Source of the DNA: Candidatus Xenobia bacterium
Lineage (GTDB): Bacteria > Acidobacteriota > Terriglobia > Acidiferrales > 2-02-FULL-67-57
Direction: 5' to 3'
Length of the DNA stretch: 64,000 nucleotides
Assembly (NCBI GenBank): GCA_035573715.1
Contig: DATLZZ010000010.1
Span: 215,355 to 279,354 of the forward strand
Shown: in pieces, positions 26,865 through 36,831 of the stretch
Numbering within the stretch: position 1 is the stretch's first letter
Layout: every line of letters begins with the position of its first letter
Program-made: the position numbers and the translations under genes
Notes under the pieces: model-generated
The model's database searches: none
What the model was told of the DNA's origin: nothing
The model's input: the letters and a program-made list of their open reading frames with translations, nothing else

Positions 26865-27761
26865 ATGAGCTTCGAGCACACCATCGAGCGCCCCGTCGAA
26901 GCCTCCGGCACCGGACTGCACACTGGCGTCTTCTGCAACTTGCGCCTGCTGCCCGCCCCGTCGGGAACCGGGGTCGTCTTCCGCCGCATTGACCTCGACG
27001 GCTTCGAAGTCGAAGCCCGCGCCGTCAACATCGCTCGCGTCAGCTACGCCACCAGCCTGATGAAGAAAGGCGTGCTCATTTCAACCACCGAGCACCTGCT
27101 GGCGGCGCTCTATGCCGGCGGCGTTGACAACGTCTACGTCGAGCTCGACAACCTCGAGCTCCCGATTCTTGACGGCAGCGCCCAGCCCTTCGTCGAGCTG
27201 GTCACCGGTGCCGGCCGCAAGCGCCAGCGTCGCCCGCGCCGCTACGCCCAGGTGCTGCGTCCGGTGGAAGTCAGCGAAGGCCAGCCGGGGAGTCCCGGGC
27301 ACCGCACCGTCGGCATCTACCCACCCGCCAACGGCATAGCGAGCTTGGAGGTCGAGTACACCATCGAATTCCCCCATCCGCTCATCGGCCGCCAACACCT
27401 GGCCTTCGAGCTTGACGAAACCAGCTTCACCGAGCAGGTCAGCAGCGCCCGGACCTTCTGTTTCTACGATGAAGTGGAAAAGCTGCGCCAGATGGGCCTG
27501 ATTCGCGGCGGCTCACTCGACTGCGCACTGGTCCTGACGCGCGAGGGCTTGATGAATCCTCAGGGACTGCGCTATCCCGATGAGTTCTGCCGCCACAAGG
27601 CTCTCGATCTCATCGGCGACCTCGCCCTTATCGGGCGCCGCCTCATCGGCCGTGTCGTTGCCAACCGCGCCGGCCACGCCCTCCACACTGCGCTGGTTCT
27701 GAAGCTCCTCCGCACGCCCGGCGCCTGGCGCGAAGTTACGGCCGCCCACCTCGCCGCCTAG
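26865..27761 (+). CDS. lpxC: UDP-3-O-acyl-N-acetylglucosamine deacetylase
   Basis: Full-length LpxC (TIERPVEASGTGLHTG ... HKALDLIGDLAL). Confidence 0.9.
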   Translation: MSFEHTIERPVEASGTGLHTGVFCNLRLLPAPSGTGVVFRRIDLDGFEVEARAVNIARVSYATSLMKKGVLISTTEHLLAALYAGGVDNVYVELDNLELPILDGSAQPFVELVTGAGRKRQRRPRRYAQVLRPVEVSEGQPGSPGHRTVGIYPPANGIASLEVEYTIEFPHPLIGRQHLAFELDETSFTEQVSSARTFCFYDEVEKLRQMGLIRGGSLDCALVLTREGLMNPQGLRYPDEFCRHKALDLIGDLALIGRRLIGRVVANRAGHALHTALVLKLLRTPGAWREVTAAHLAA

Positions 27762-27779
27762 CTGGTCGCAGGCGTGGGG

Positions 27780-28127
27780 CTACTGGTCGATCCGCCCGAG
27801 TATCTCCGCCGTCACCCCTTTGAGCACGCGTCCGCGCTGCGGATTGGCTTTGTCGACCGCCACCGCGTAGGCAATCTTGCGCACCAGAATGATCCACTTC
27901 TGGTACTCGCATTCGTCCGGAAGCAGCAAGTCGTCGCTGTGCGAAATCTCGCCAAACAAGATCTCCTTGCCTGTCTCATCCACCTCGACGTCCGCCACCC
28001 GCGCCACCACGCGCTCCTGTCCGTAGCGGTTTTTCTGGTAGATGGCGTTCGGGTCGCGCTGGGCCAGCGGGATCCGCTGGGGCGCGGCCGCGCTGCCGGC
28101 TGCCTGTGCTCCTCCGTTCGTTGCCAT
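27780..28127 (-). CDS. hypothetical protein
   Basis: 115-aa ORF with moderate coding bias. Confidence 0.3.
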   Translation of the reverse strand: MATNGGAQAAGSAAAPQRIPLAQRDPNAIYQKNRYGQERVVARVADVEVDETGKEILFGEISHSDDLLLPDECEYQKWIILVRKIAYAVAVDKANPQRGRVLKGVTAEILGRIDQ

Positions 28128-28263
28128 AACTCACCCCAATTGCCGTACCTGGATTGCCCTGCGAACCGTCCCATTAATTGTAAGAAAGTGAGGAAGGCTG
28201 TCAACCCCCGTCGCGGGCATCTTGGCGTGTTATGATGGCATCTATCTAGCGAGGCGGGAGGCG

Positions 28264-30177
28264 ATGCGCTGCTTTCTACGGGGTCTGACGCTGGTTGGCC
28301 TGGGGCTGCTGCTGGCCGCAGCGCTTGCCGGTCAGACGAACACTCCCACTGCAAACTCTCCTGTTCCTGCCGCTCCGGCGACTGCCGTCCCCTCGGTTAA
28401 TCTGCCCGCGGATACCATCCTGACACTCGAGTTGGAGGACGAGGTCCACACCAAACGGACCAAGAAGGGCGAGAAGGTCAAGCTGCGGGTGGTCACCGAT
28501 GTGGATGACGGCAACCAGATTCTGATTCCCGCCGGGAGCACTGTGAACGCCACTGTGGTCAAGGTCAAGAAGCCCGGCGCCGGCGGCTCGCCCGGCAAGA
28601 TTACCCTCGACTTCAACGAAGTGGTTCTTCCCGACGGCACTGTGCTCCCGATGCAGACCGAACTGCTCTCGGCCGGCGGCCTGCTCATCAAGAAACCGAA
28701 GAACAACAAGAAAGGAATGAGTGTGGCGGGTGACAGCGGGCGCAGCGGTAAGGGCAACGCGGTCATCGTGGGCGTGCAGGCGGGCCAGGGCGCGCTGCTG
28801 GGTGCGCTCATCGGCGGCGCCAAAGGCGCAGCCTACGGCGGTGCCATCGGCGCCGGCCTCGGCATTCTGGAAGTGTTTCTCGACCGCGGCCCGCACCTCG
28901 ACTTGCCGCCGGGAACTCCGTTCGAAGTTTCTCTCAGTGAACCGCTGGCGGTGCCAGCCGAGAAGGTGGCGGCGTTCAACCAGCCGCCGCCGGCTTTGCC
29001 GACGCCGCCCGTTTACGGGACGCCACCAGTCTACGGCACCCCGACCGAGCCTGATGCTTCGTCGGTCTTTTACGGTGCGACAACTCCGAACCCGGCCTCC
29101 AGTGACGCGGGAGTCGTGCAGAGCTCGGCGCAGACGACTGAAGCCTCGTCGCCCTCCGGGCCGCCCATTCCCGACTTTTCGGCCTCGGAGCCGACACAAA
29201 CCGTCGCCAGCAACACCCCCATCCCGGTGGTGCCCGGGCTGCCGCCGCCTCCGCCGCCCGACATCAGCGCCGGCGAGACCGATTACAAGCTACGCGTCAA
29301 CGTCCGCCTGGTTCTCGTGGAGGCGTTCGTGCGCGACGAGCGCGGCTCGATGATCAGCGACCTCAAGGCGGAGGACTTCCGCATCTTCGAGGACGGCCAG
29401 GAGCAGCAGATTCGCCACTTCTCGCGCGACGAGCTGCCGCTCTCCGTGGCCCTGGTGGTCGACCGCAGCGGCAGCGTCATGCCGTATATGGACGAGCTGC
29501 GGCGCGCTGCCTACGACACGTTAACGCAGCTCAAGGCCACCGACCGCGTCGTGCTCTTCACTTTTGCCGAAGACACCGAGCGCCTCACCGAACTTACCAC
29601 CGACAAGCGCCGTGTGGCCGAGCGTATTGCGCGCATCCGCGCCGGCGGGGGCACGAACATCTTGGACGCGCTGCATGTCGCCAACCAGTACCTGACGCTG
29701 GCGGCGCCCAAGGACCGCCGCGCCATCATCCTCATCAGCGACAACCAGGGAACGGTGCGCGGCATCGCCAGCCAGGATCGCGTCATCCGCCAAGCGCTCG
29801 AGTCGGAAACGGTCATCTACAGCGTCAAGACCCCGGGCGACGAGCCTCCCATCATGTTCCGTCTCGGCACTCGCCTGCAGGGCGTCGGCTCGGTGAGCAA
29901 GATTACCCGCGAGACCGGCGGGGAGATAATGGACGTGCGCAGCCTCGGCTCGGTGAAGGCGGCGATGGCGGCGGTGGTGGCGCAGCTCAAGACCCGTTAC
30001 ACCATCGGCTACAATTCTTCCAACCAGGCCTCCGACGGCGCCTTCCGCCGTATCACGGTTCGCCTCGCCGACCGCTACGGGCTCGTCGACCGCGACTACG
30101 CTATCCACCACAAGACCGGCTACTACGCGCCCCGGCAGGAACTGGCCACTCAGCCCCGACCCACGCCCACGCAATAA
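28264..30177 (+). CDS. secreted glycine-zipper protein fused to Pro-rich linker and C-terminal VWA domain (paralog 3)
   Basis: Same N-terminal architecture as 6498-7139. Glycine zipper GALLGALIGGAKGAAYGGAIGAGLG. VWA-like region (LVVDRSGSVMPYMDELRR ... AIILISDNQGT). Confidence 0.65.
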   Translation: MRCFLRGLTLVGLGLLLAAALAGQTNTPTANSPVPAAPATAVPSVNLPADTILTLELEDEVHTKRTKKGEKVKLRVVTDVDDGNQILIPAGSTVNATVVKVKKPGAGGSPGKITLDFNEVVLPDGTVLPMQTELLSAGGLLIKKPKNNKKGMSVAGDSGRSGKGNAVIVGVQAGQGALLGALIGGAKGAAYGGAIGAGLGILEVFLDRGPHLDLPPGTPFEVSLSEPLAVPAEKVAAFNQPPPALPTPPVYGTPPVYGTPTEPDASSVFYGATTPNPASSDAGVVQSSAQTTEASSPSGPPIPDFSASEPTQTVASNTPIPVVPGLPPPPPPDISAGETDYKLRVNVRLVLVEAFVRDERGSMISDLKAEDFRIFEDGQEQQIRHFSRDELPLSVALVVDRSGSVMPYMDELRRAAYDTLTQLKATDRVVLFTFAEDTERLTELTTDKRRVAERIARIRAGGGTNILDALHVANQYLTLAAPKDRRAIILISDNQGTVRGIASQDRVIRQALESETVIYSVKTPGDEPPIMFRLGTRLQGVGSVSKITRETGGEIMDVRSLGSVKAAMAAVVAQLKTRYTIGYNSSNQASDGAFRRITVRLADRYGLVDRDYAIHHKTGYYAPRQELATQPRPTPTQ

Positions 30178-30228
30178 TCGCTCTTAGCGTTTGATGTATA
30201 GAAAGGGCAGGGCGTCAGCCCCTGGAGC

Positions 30229-30687
30229 CTACTTCACCGCCTCGAAGCTGGCGGCGGCGTCCACCAGCCGGGCGTAGTAGAGCTCGACCTTCAACTCCCC
30301 CAGCCGTTCTCGCAGCGCTTCTCCGACTCGTCGCAGGTCCGCCACCTGCTTCTCGCGCATCGCGGCGTTGTCCTGCCGCCCGCGCACGTGCCGATACCAC
30401 AAACAATCGTCGTGCGCAATCAGGACCACGCGCGTCGGCGGCGCAATGTCGCCGATGAACTTCACCCAGCGCCAGCCCGCCCAGGAAAACTTCGGCAGAT
30501 AATCTGCCAGGGTCAGAAATTGTGCGCCGCCGGGAACCACCAGCAGGCCGTAGCGCTCCAACCCCAGCCCGAGTCGCAGGAATTCGTGGAAGTGAACCTG
30601 GTAGCGCGGGTCGCTGCAATGGATGACCAGTGCCGTGCCGGACTCGCCCGCCCCAGCGAGCGGTTCCGTGCGGTACACCTCGGTCAT
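30229..30687 (-). CDS. small protein with CxDxR ... HxxC motifs (beta-carbonic-anhydrase-like zinc-site pattern?), paralog 2
   Basis: IHCSDPR ... PGG ... FSWAGWRW ... VVLIAHDDCLWY. Start 1 nt after the upstream paralog's stop. Confidence 0.5.
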   Translation of the reverse strand: MTEVYRTEPLAGAGESGTALVIHCSDPRYQVHFHEFLRLGLGLERYGLLVVPGGAQFLTLADYLPKFSWAGWRWVKFIGDIAPPTRVVLIAHDDCLWYRHVRGRQDNAAMREKQVADLRRVGEALRERLGELKVELYYARLVDAAASFEAVK

Positions 30688-30688
30688 T

Positions 30689-31135
30689 TCAGGTGACAAC
30701 TTCGAAGCGCGCCCGGCCGCCCTCAAGCTGGGCGAAGTACAAATCGACGCGCTTCTCGCCAAAGTGTTCCGCCATCCGCCGGCGCAGCAGTTGCAGGTCG
30801 GCCGCCTGGCGCGCAGGGATGCCCTTGGGGTCGAAGCCGAAGCGCGGGTCGTGGTACCAGCGGCAGTCGTCGTGGGCAATAAGAACGATGCGCTCCGCTT
30901 TGGTCTGCTGCATCAGGAACTCCATCCAGCGCCAGCCCGCCCAGGAAAAGCGCGGAAAGGTGTCGGCCAGCGTCAGGCAGTGCGGCCCGCCGGGGACGGC
31001 GAACACCGCGTAGCTTTCGAGATGCAGGCCGCGCTTGAGGAATTCCTGATAGTACGGCTGAAAGGCCGCCTCACTGCAGTGGATGACTACCGCGCCCACT
31101 GCGGGCGTGGAACTGCTCGGGTGCGCTTCGACCAT
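30689..31135 (-). CDS. paralog of the above with degenerate first motif (HCSEAAF) but retained HDDC
   Basis: VIHCSEAAF ... PGG ... FSWAGWRW ... IVLIAHDDCRWY. Tandem duplication. Confidence 0.5.
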   Translation of the reverse strand: MVEAHPSSSTPAVGAVVIHCSEAAFQPYYQEFLKRGLHLESYAVFAVPGGPHCLTLADTFPRFSWAGWRWMEFLMQQTKAERIVLIAHDDCRWYHDPRFGFDPKGIPARQAADLQLLRRRMAEHFGEKRVDLYFAQLEGGRARFEVVT

Positions 31136-31195
31136 CCCACCTCCCTTGTCCCGGCCGCCCCGACCCCACGGGGCGAATTGCTCACAACAAACTGG

Positions 31196-32806
31196 CTAGG
31201 CCTTCGGCCGCTCGCGCTTGGCCGGCGCTTCGGGTTCCGCGGGCGACGCGGCCGCGGCGCTGGCGCCGCCGTTTCCCGCCGTGGCGGACGGCAGGCCGAG
31301 CTGCTGCATCACCGCCGGCAGGTTGAGCCCCAGCGCTTCGAGTTGCTGCAGCAGATTGAAGACGACCGACGGGCCGGTCTGCGCCAGGCGCGTCATTCCC
31401 GTAGAGCCCCCGTTGGTGGTTCCGCCGCCCTGGTCAATCACCACGACTTTGTCGATGTTGCCGAGCGGCGCCGCCACCGCGCCGAACACTCCGGTCGAAG
31501 ATTCGATGATGGCCGGCAGCTTCTCCAGCACGGTTTGCAGCTTGGCGGCGTCGTTGAACTGCTTCCAGGCTTCCGCTTTGCGGAGAATGGCCGCGGCCTC
31601 GGCGGTGCCCTGCGCTTCGATGGCCTTGGCCTGCGCGAGCCCGATGGCTTCAATCTTCGCCGCTTCGGCTTTACCTTCTGCTTCCACCGCCGCGGCGCGA
31701 CCCAGACCTTCCTTGCGCAGCTTTTCCTGCTCGGCTTCCGCCAATGCAATCATCGCCGACTTGCGCCCTTCGGCCTCCAGGATGGCGGCCATTTTGGCGG
31801 CTTCGGCGCGGACGATGGCGGCCTGGCGCTCGGCATCGGCTGGCTTGATGACCGTCGCCTCCAGTTCCTTCTGCTTGCGCAGGATCTCCTGTTCCTGCAC
31901 GGCGATCATTTCCTGGGTGCGGGTGCGGTCGACCTTGACCTCTTCCGCCACCACGCCCTGGCGCGCCTGCGCCTCCGAGAGCGGCCCAGCCTGCGCGGCG
32001 CGGGCTTTCTGCGCCTCGACCTCCGCCTGATACTGCGCCTGGCGCACCGCGAAGTCGCGCTGCGCCTGGGCAATCTCCGCCTCCGCGGAGAATTTGGCGC
32101 GCTCGCCTTCCTGCAGTGCCAGGGCCGACTTGATCTTGGCGTCGCGCTGCGCTTCGGCTTCGCCAATGGTGGCGTCGCGCTTGACCTCAGCCGTGCGCCG
32201 CTTGCCCAGCGCGTCCAGGTAGCCTTCTTCGTCGCTGATTTCCTGAATCGTCAGCACGTCCACGCCCAGTCCCATTTTTTCCAGGTCGGTGGCGGCTTCC
32301 GAGGTCAGCTTCTGGGCAAAGCTCTGCCGGTCGCTGTTGATTTCCTCCACCGTCAGCGTGCCCAGGATGGACCGCAGGTGGCCTTCCAGCGTCTGGAAGA
32401 TGACGCGCTGGATCTCCGGCTGTGTCATCCCCAGGAAGCGCTCGGCAGCGGCCCGCAGCGAAGCATCGTCGCTGCGAATCTTGACGTTGGCGACCGCCTT
32501 CACCGTGACCGGCACGCCCTTGAGCGTGTAGGCGCGGCGAATTTCCAGCGGGATCGTCAGGACGTTGAGCGAGATGTAGTCCACTCGCTCCAGCAGCGGG
32601 ATGCGCAGCACCGCGCCGCCCGGCACCAGCCGATAGCCCACCACCCGCCCGTCGGCCAGCTTGCGCTTGCGCCCGCTGAGCACGGCAACCGTGTTGGGTG
32701 GCACCTTGATGTAGTTGCGGCTGAACAGCCAGGCGGCGATGAACAGGCCGAGTACGACCAGCAGGACAACGACCGGCAGAGCCAGCGCGCTCAGTTCCTG
32801 GAACAT
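31196..32806 (-). CDS. flotillin (SPFH/band-7, YqiK/FloT-like)
   Basis: N-terminal TM, SPFH domain, long Ala/Glu/Gln-rich coiled coil. Confidence 0.85.
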   Translation of the reverse strand: MFQELSALALPVVVLLVVLGLFIAAWLFSRNYIKVPPNTVAVLSGRKRKLADGRVVGYRLVPGGAVLRIPLLERVDYISLNVLTIPLEIRRAYTLKGVPVTVKAVANVKIRSDDASLRAAAERFLGMTQPEIQRVIFQTLEGHLRSILGTLTVEEINSDRQSFAQKLTSEAATDLEKMGLGVDVLTIQEISDEEGYLDALGKRRTAEVKRDATIGEAEAQRDAKIKSALALQEGERAKFSAEAEIAQAQRDFAVRQAQYQAEVEAQKARAAQAGPLSEAQARQGVVAEEVKVDRTRTQEMIAVQEQEILRKQKELEATVIKPADAERQAAIVRAEAAKMAAILEAEGRKSAMIALAEAEQEKLRKEGLGRAAAVEAEGKAEAAKIEAIGLAQAKAIEAQGTAEAAAILRKAEAWKQFNDAAKLQTVLEKLPAIIESSTGVFGAVAAPLGNIDKVVVIDQGGGTTNGGSTGMTRLAQTGPSVVFNLLQQLEALGLNLPAVMQQLGLPSATAGNGGASAAAASPAEPEAPAKRERPKA

Positions 32807-32824
32807 GACGCCCTCCCCGATGCT

Positions 32825-33379
32825 CTACTGCCGTCGGACGACGACAGTCTCCCCGAGCACCTCTTCAATCTTGACTCCCACGTTTTCCGGAATCGGCTGG
32901 CCGTCCTGGGCCCGGGCAATCTTGTCCACCAGCGCCTCGCCGATCTGGCAGCGCACCTGGCCGAGCCCGCCGGCGGGAATGGCAACGATGACCCGCGCCG
33001 ACTGGCCCACCAGGTCGGCCGTCTTGACTTCGCTCGAAGCCTGCTGGCCGTAGAGGAACCGCGCGAAGCCGTAGATGATGGAGCCGAAGACCAGCCCGCT
33101 GGCTGCGCCCACCAGTGACGCGCCTACGGTGGACATCCCGTAATGAACTCCGATGGCACCGAAGCCGCCGAAGGCCATCACGAAGACGCTGATGACGCGG
33201 GTGCTGAAAAAACCCGGGCCGCCGTGGCCGAGGTCCCCGCCCGCGTCGTGGTCGGCCGAGATATCGGCGTGCTCAAAGATTTCGCCGAAGAGCAGGGAGA
33301 TGATCAGAAACAGGAATCCTACCGCGCCGATGGCGAGGAATATCCCGAAAGCGGAGAACTGCGACAACCAGTCCGACAT
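32825..33379 (-). CDS. NfeD-family membrane protein (flotillin partner)
   Basis: Multi-TM N-region plus C-terminal OB-fold-like segment. Immediately upstream of flotillin. Confidence 0.7.
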   Translation of the reverse strand: MSDWLSQFSAFGIFLAIGAVGFLFLIISLLFGEIFEHADISADHDAGGDLGHGGPGFFSTRVISVFVMAFGGFGAIGVHYGMSTVGASLVGAASGLVFGSIIYGFARFLYGQQASSEVKTADLVGQSARVIVAIPAGGLGQVRCQIGEALVDKIARAQDGQPIPENVGVKIEEVLGETVVVRRQ

Positions 33380-33429
33380 GGGTCTACCCCGCGAGTGAAA
33401 CTAGACTCTACGGAAACACCGCGGCGAAG

Positions 33430-34386
33430 TCAATTCGAATCCGACGGCTTATCGTCGGCGAGGCGGAAGGGAAGGAGCGGCTCGCGGCGGACGCGGAGGT
33501 CGAAGATGTCGGGCCGGTTGTAGTGGCCGGCGACGTCGAGGGCGAGCTTTTCCTCGCTGAGCCGTTCGAGGTCGAGCTCCGCCGTCAGCAGTTCCTCTTT
33601 TTCATACACTGGCTCGACCACGTACTTCGCGTCCGGGCCGATGATGCAGGAACCGCCGATGAGAAGCTGCTCGGGCGCGTCCTTGAAGTCGTCGGCCAGC
33701 TCGAAATCGGCCGGCAGGTCGGACTTGCGCAGCACCGAGGCGGCTGCCAGAACGAACGCGCGGCCTTCGAAGGCGTAGTGTCGCGAGGCAATCAAGTAGG
33801 TCTCGCGCAGATGCGGCCAGGCGGCCACGTGCACCTGCTCATCCGAGGCGTGCAGCACCTGGCGCGCCAGCGGCATCCAGTGCTCCCAGCAGACCAGCCC
33901 GCCGACCTTGGCGCCGTCGAAGTCGTAGGTGGTGAGGCCAGCGGCGTCGCCATAGCCCCACACCAGCCGCTCACCAAACGTCGGAACCAGTTTGCGGTGG
34001 CGGCCCGCGAGCTTACCCTCGGGCGAAATGAACATCAGCGTGTTGTAGAGCGAGCCGCTGTGCGGGTCGCGCTCGTTGATGCCGATGACCACGCCGGTCT
34101 TGGCCGCCCGTGCCGCCTGGCAGAGCTTCTCCGTATCGCCCGAAGGGACTTGAACGCTCTCCCGTACCAGCCGCGCGTGCAGCTTCTTCGACGGTCCGTG
34201 GTCCCATTTGCCGAACGACCCGGCGTCGCACCACAGTGGGTAGCAGGGAACCCAGGTTTCAGGAAAAGCGACCAGGCGTGCGCCGCGCCGGCCCGCCTCG
34301 GTAATCCATTGGCAGGCCTTGTCAATGGTGGCGGCGCGGTTGAGCACCACCGGCGCCGCCTGCGCAATCGCAACTGTGAGTTTCAT
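33430..34386 (-). CDS. carbon-nitrogen hydrolase (nitrilase/amidase family)
   Basis: Catalytic triad context: E (FPETW), K (RHRKLVPT), C (GLVCWEH). Confidence 0.8.
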   Translation of the reverse strand: MKLTVAIAQAAPVVLNRAATIDKACQWITEAGRRGARLVAFPETWVPCYPLWCDAGSFGKWDHGPSKKLHARLVRESVQVPSGDTEKLCQAARAAKTGVVIGINERDPHSGSLYNTLMFISPEGKLAGRHRKLVPTFGERLVWGYGDAAGLTTYDFDGAKVGGLVCWEHWMPLARQVLHASDEQVHVAAWPHLRETYLIASRHYAFEGRAFVLAAASVLRKSDLPADFELADDFKDAPEQLLIGGSCIIGPDAKYVVEPVYEKEELLTAELDLERLSEEKLALDVAGHYNRPDIFDLRVRREPLLPFRLADDKPSDSN

Positions 34387-34619
34387 GTGATCCAAACTCG
34401 TAGCCCCAGGCTCCTGCCTGAGGGAAAACCGCTCCGGATTCAATTCCCGGAGGCGAAGCCCCCGGGCTACGGGGCGGGGTTCGCTGTTCGGTTTGATTCT
34501 AAGCCTTGTCTCGACTTCTTGCCAGCAGCACGGCCGCGCCGTATACTCGCGCATCCGGTGCGCGAGGGGAGCCAGCAGCGCGCCGCCGGAGTGCGGGTAA
34601 ACCGAGGAGACAACGCCCG

Positions 34620-35885
34620 ATGGCCATCATCACCCCCGACAAAGAAATGGCTGTCTACGAAAACATGGGGGCGCGCTTTGACGTCGCCGCCGCCAGGCTG
34701 GGCCTCGATGAAGGCTTCCAGCACGTCCTGCGCAGCCCCAACAAAGAGATTACGCTTTACCTGCCGGTGGGGATGGATAACGGCAAGCTGGAGGTCTTTG
34801 TCGGCTACCGCGTGCAACACTCGATTGTGCGCGGGCCGGCCAAGGGCGGCATTCGCTACTCGCTCGACGTCACGCTCGACGAAGTCCGCGCCCTGGCCTC
34901 CTGGATGACCTGGAAGTGCGCGGTGGTCAACATTCCCTTCGGCGGCGCCAAAGGCGGCATCGTCTGCGACCCCAGCTCGCTGAGCCGGCGCGAGCTTGAG
35001 GCCATCACCCGGCGCTACACCGCCGAGCTGATGGACTTCCTCGGCCCCGAGCGCGACGTCCCCGCCCCCGACCTCGGCACCAACGAGCAGGTCATGGCCT
35101 GGGTGATGGACACCTATTCGATGCACATGCGCCACACCACCACGGCGGTGGTCACCGGCAAGCCGCTCGACCTCGGCGGCTCCCGCGGGCGCCGCGAGGC
35201 TACCGGGCGCGGCTGCCTCATCGTCACCGAGCGCCTGCTCAACAAGCTCAACCGGCGGCGCGAAGGCCAGCGCGTCGTCGTCCAGGGCTTTGGGAACGTC
35301 GGCTCGGTCTCCGCCAAGCTGATGGCCGAGGCGGGCTACAAGATTGTTGGCGTGGCCGACGTGCACGGGGCCATCTACAACCCCAAGGGCATTGACGTGC
35401 CGAAGCTGATTGAGTACGCGCTGGAGACCGGCACGGTGAAGGACTTCCCCGGCTGCGACAAGGTCAACCGGAACGAAGTGCTCTTCCTCGATTGCGACAT
35501 CCTGGTGCCGGCGGCGGTCGAGAACGTCATCACCAGCCACAACGCCGACCGCATCAAGGCCTCCATCATCATCGAGGCCGCCAACGGGCCCACCACCGCG
35601 CTGGCGGATGAGATTCTGGAAGACAAGAAGATTCACGTGGTGCCCGACATCCTGGCCAACGCCGGCGGCGTCACGGTCAGCTACTTCGAGTGGGTGCAGG
35701 ACCGCGAAGGCTACTTCTGGCCGGAGTCGCTGGTCAACGACCGCCTCGAGCACATGATGATCGAGAGCTTCGAGGACGTATACGCCTACGCGCAACGCCA
35801 CAACGTGAGCTTGCGCATCGCCGCCTATATGCTGGCGATTGACCGCGTCGCCTTCGCCCTCAAGCTCCGCGGCCTCTACGCCTGA
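34620..35885 (+). CDS. gdh: NAD(P)-dependent glutamate dehydrogenase
   Basis: GPAKGGIRY active-site motif and Glu/Leu/Phe/Val dehydrogenase domains. Confidence 0.9.
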   Translation: MAIITPDKEMAVYENMGARFDVAAARLGLDEGFQHVLRSPNKEITLYLPVGMDNGKLEVFVGYRVQHSIVRGPAKGGIRYSLDVTLDEVRALASWMTWKCAVVNIPFGGAKGGIVCDPSSLSRRELEAITRRYTAELMDFLGPERDVPAPDLGTNEQVMAWVMDTYSMHMRHTTTAVVTGKPLDLGGSRGRREATGRGCLIVTERLLNKLNRRREGQRVVVQGFGNVGSVSAKLMAEAGYKIVGVADVHGAIYNPKGIDVPKLIEYALETGTVKDFPGCDKVNRNEVLFLDCDILVPAAVENVITSHNADRIKASIIIEAANGPTTALADEILEDKKIHVVPDILANAGGVTVSYFEWVQDREGYFWPESLVNDRLEHMMIESFEDVYAYAQRHNVSLRIAAYMLAIDRVAFALKLRGLYA

Positions 35886-35920
35886 GATTGGCCACCAAGT
35901 CACAAAGACACAAAGCAGTG

Positions 35921-36778
35921 ATGGTCGCGTTCTTCCTTTGTGCCTCCGTGTCTTTGTGGCCCGCCCCCTTGTCGGCGCAGAAGCCGGTGGACCGCGTGGA
36001 ACTCGAGTATCGCCCACCGACGCTGCTGGTGGAAGCCAAGGTGAACGGCAAGGGGCCGTTCTGGTTCGCCTTCGATACCGGCGCCAGCACCAGCCTGATT
36101 GACGCTCGCGTGTCACAACGGCTGAAGCTGAAGCCCGAGCAGCGGCCCGATCGCGAAGGGCCGTACTTCACCCGCGCGCGCACGCTGGCGGTGGGGAGAG
36201 CTAAGGCGCGCGACTTGGAACTGGTCATCCGCGACTTCGCGCCGCTCTCGGAGCGCATCGGGCGCGAGGTGGCCGGCATCGTCGGCTACAACTGGATGGA
36301 GCAGTTTGTGTTTGAGATTGATTACCGCAGCCTTCGGCTGACCATTTGGCCAAGCACCACAGAACTCATCCCGCGCGCGGACCAGTTTCCTGTGCCGCTC
36401 GAGCTGCGCTCGGTGCGCGGCCTCACCGGCGCCATCATTTATGTCCCGGCGCAGATGGAAGGCAAGCACCGCTGTCCGGCGGAAATTGACACCGGAACCG
36501 ACCTGGGAATACTCGGGCGGCAGATGGCGCTGGAGCTCGGCGTGGACGTCAACCGGCTCGGCGGGCAGCGGGAGCGCCCGCGGCATGAGGTGCGGCGGCT
36601 CGATGTCGCCGGGCGCACTTATGCGAATGTGCCCTTCTACGTCGACCCGCGCCGGGGCGCCGACGCCAATCCCTACGCCCAGTGCATCCTCGGCAACGAG
36701 GTGCTGAAAGAGTTTGTGCTGACAATTGACATCCCGCGCCGCCGCGCCTTCTTTCGCTGGCGACTGCCGCCGCCTTAG
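35921..36778 (+). CDS. secreted retropepsin-like aspartic protease (two DTG motifs)
   Basis: Signal peptide. FDTGAS and IDTGTD catalytic motifs. Confidence 0.7.
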   Translation: MVAFFLCASVSLWPAPLSAQKPVDRVELEYRPPTLLVEAKVNGKGPFWFAFDTGASTSLIDARVSQRLKLKPEQRPDREGPYFTRARTLAVGRAKARDLELVIRDFAPLSERIGREVAGIVGYNWMEQFVFEIDYRSLRLTIWPSTTELIPRADQFPVPLELRSVRGLTGAIIYVPAQMEGKHRCPAEIDTGTDLGILGRQMALELGVDVNRLGGQRERPRHEVRRLDVAGRTYANVPFYVDPRRGADANPYAQCILGNEVLKEFVLTIDIPRRRAFFRWRLPPP

Positions 36779-36831
36779 GCGACTCTTGCGAGGCGTGCGC
36801 GGTTTCGCTATGCTGCGCCTTCCGAAAGCCC

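Noticed and set aside
30623-33118. 831-aa plus-strand ORF
   Set aside because: Antisense to the flotillin, NfeD and CxDxR genes. The minus-strand genes have clear family signatures.
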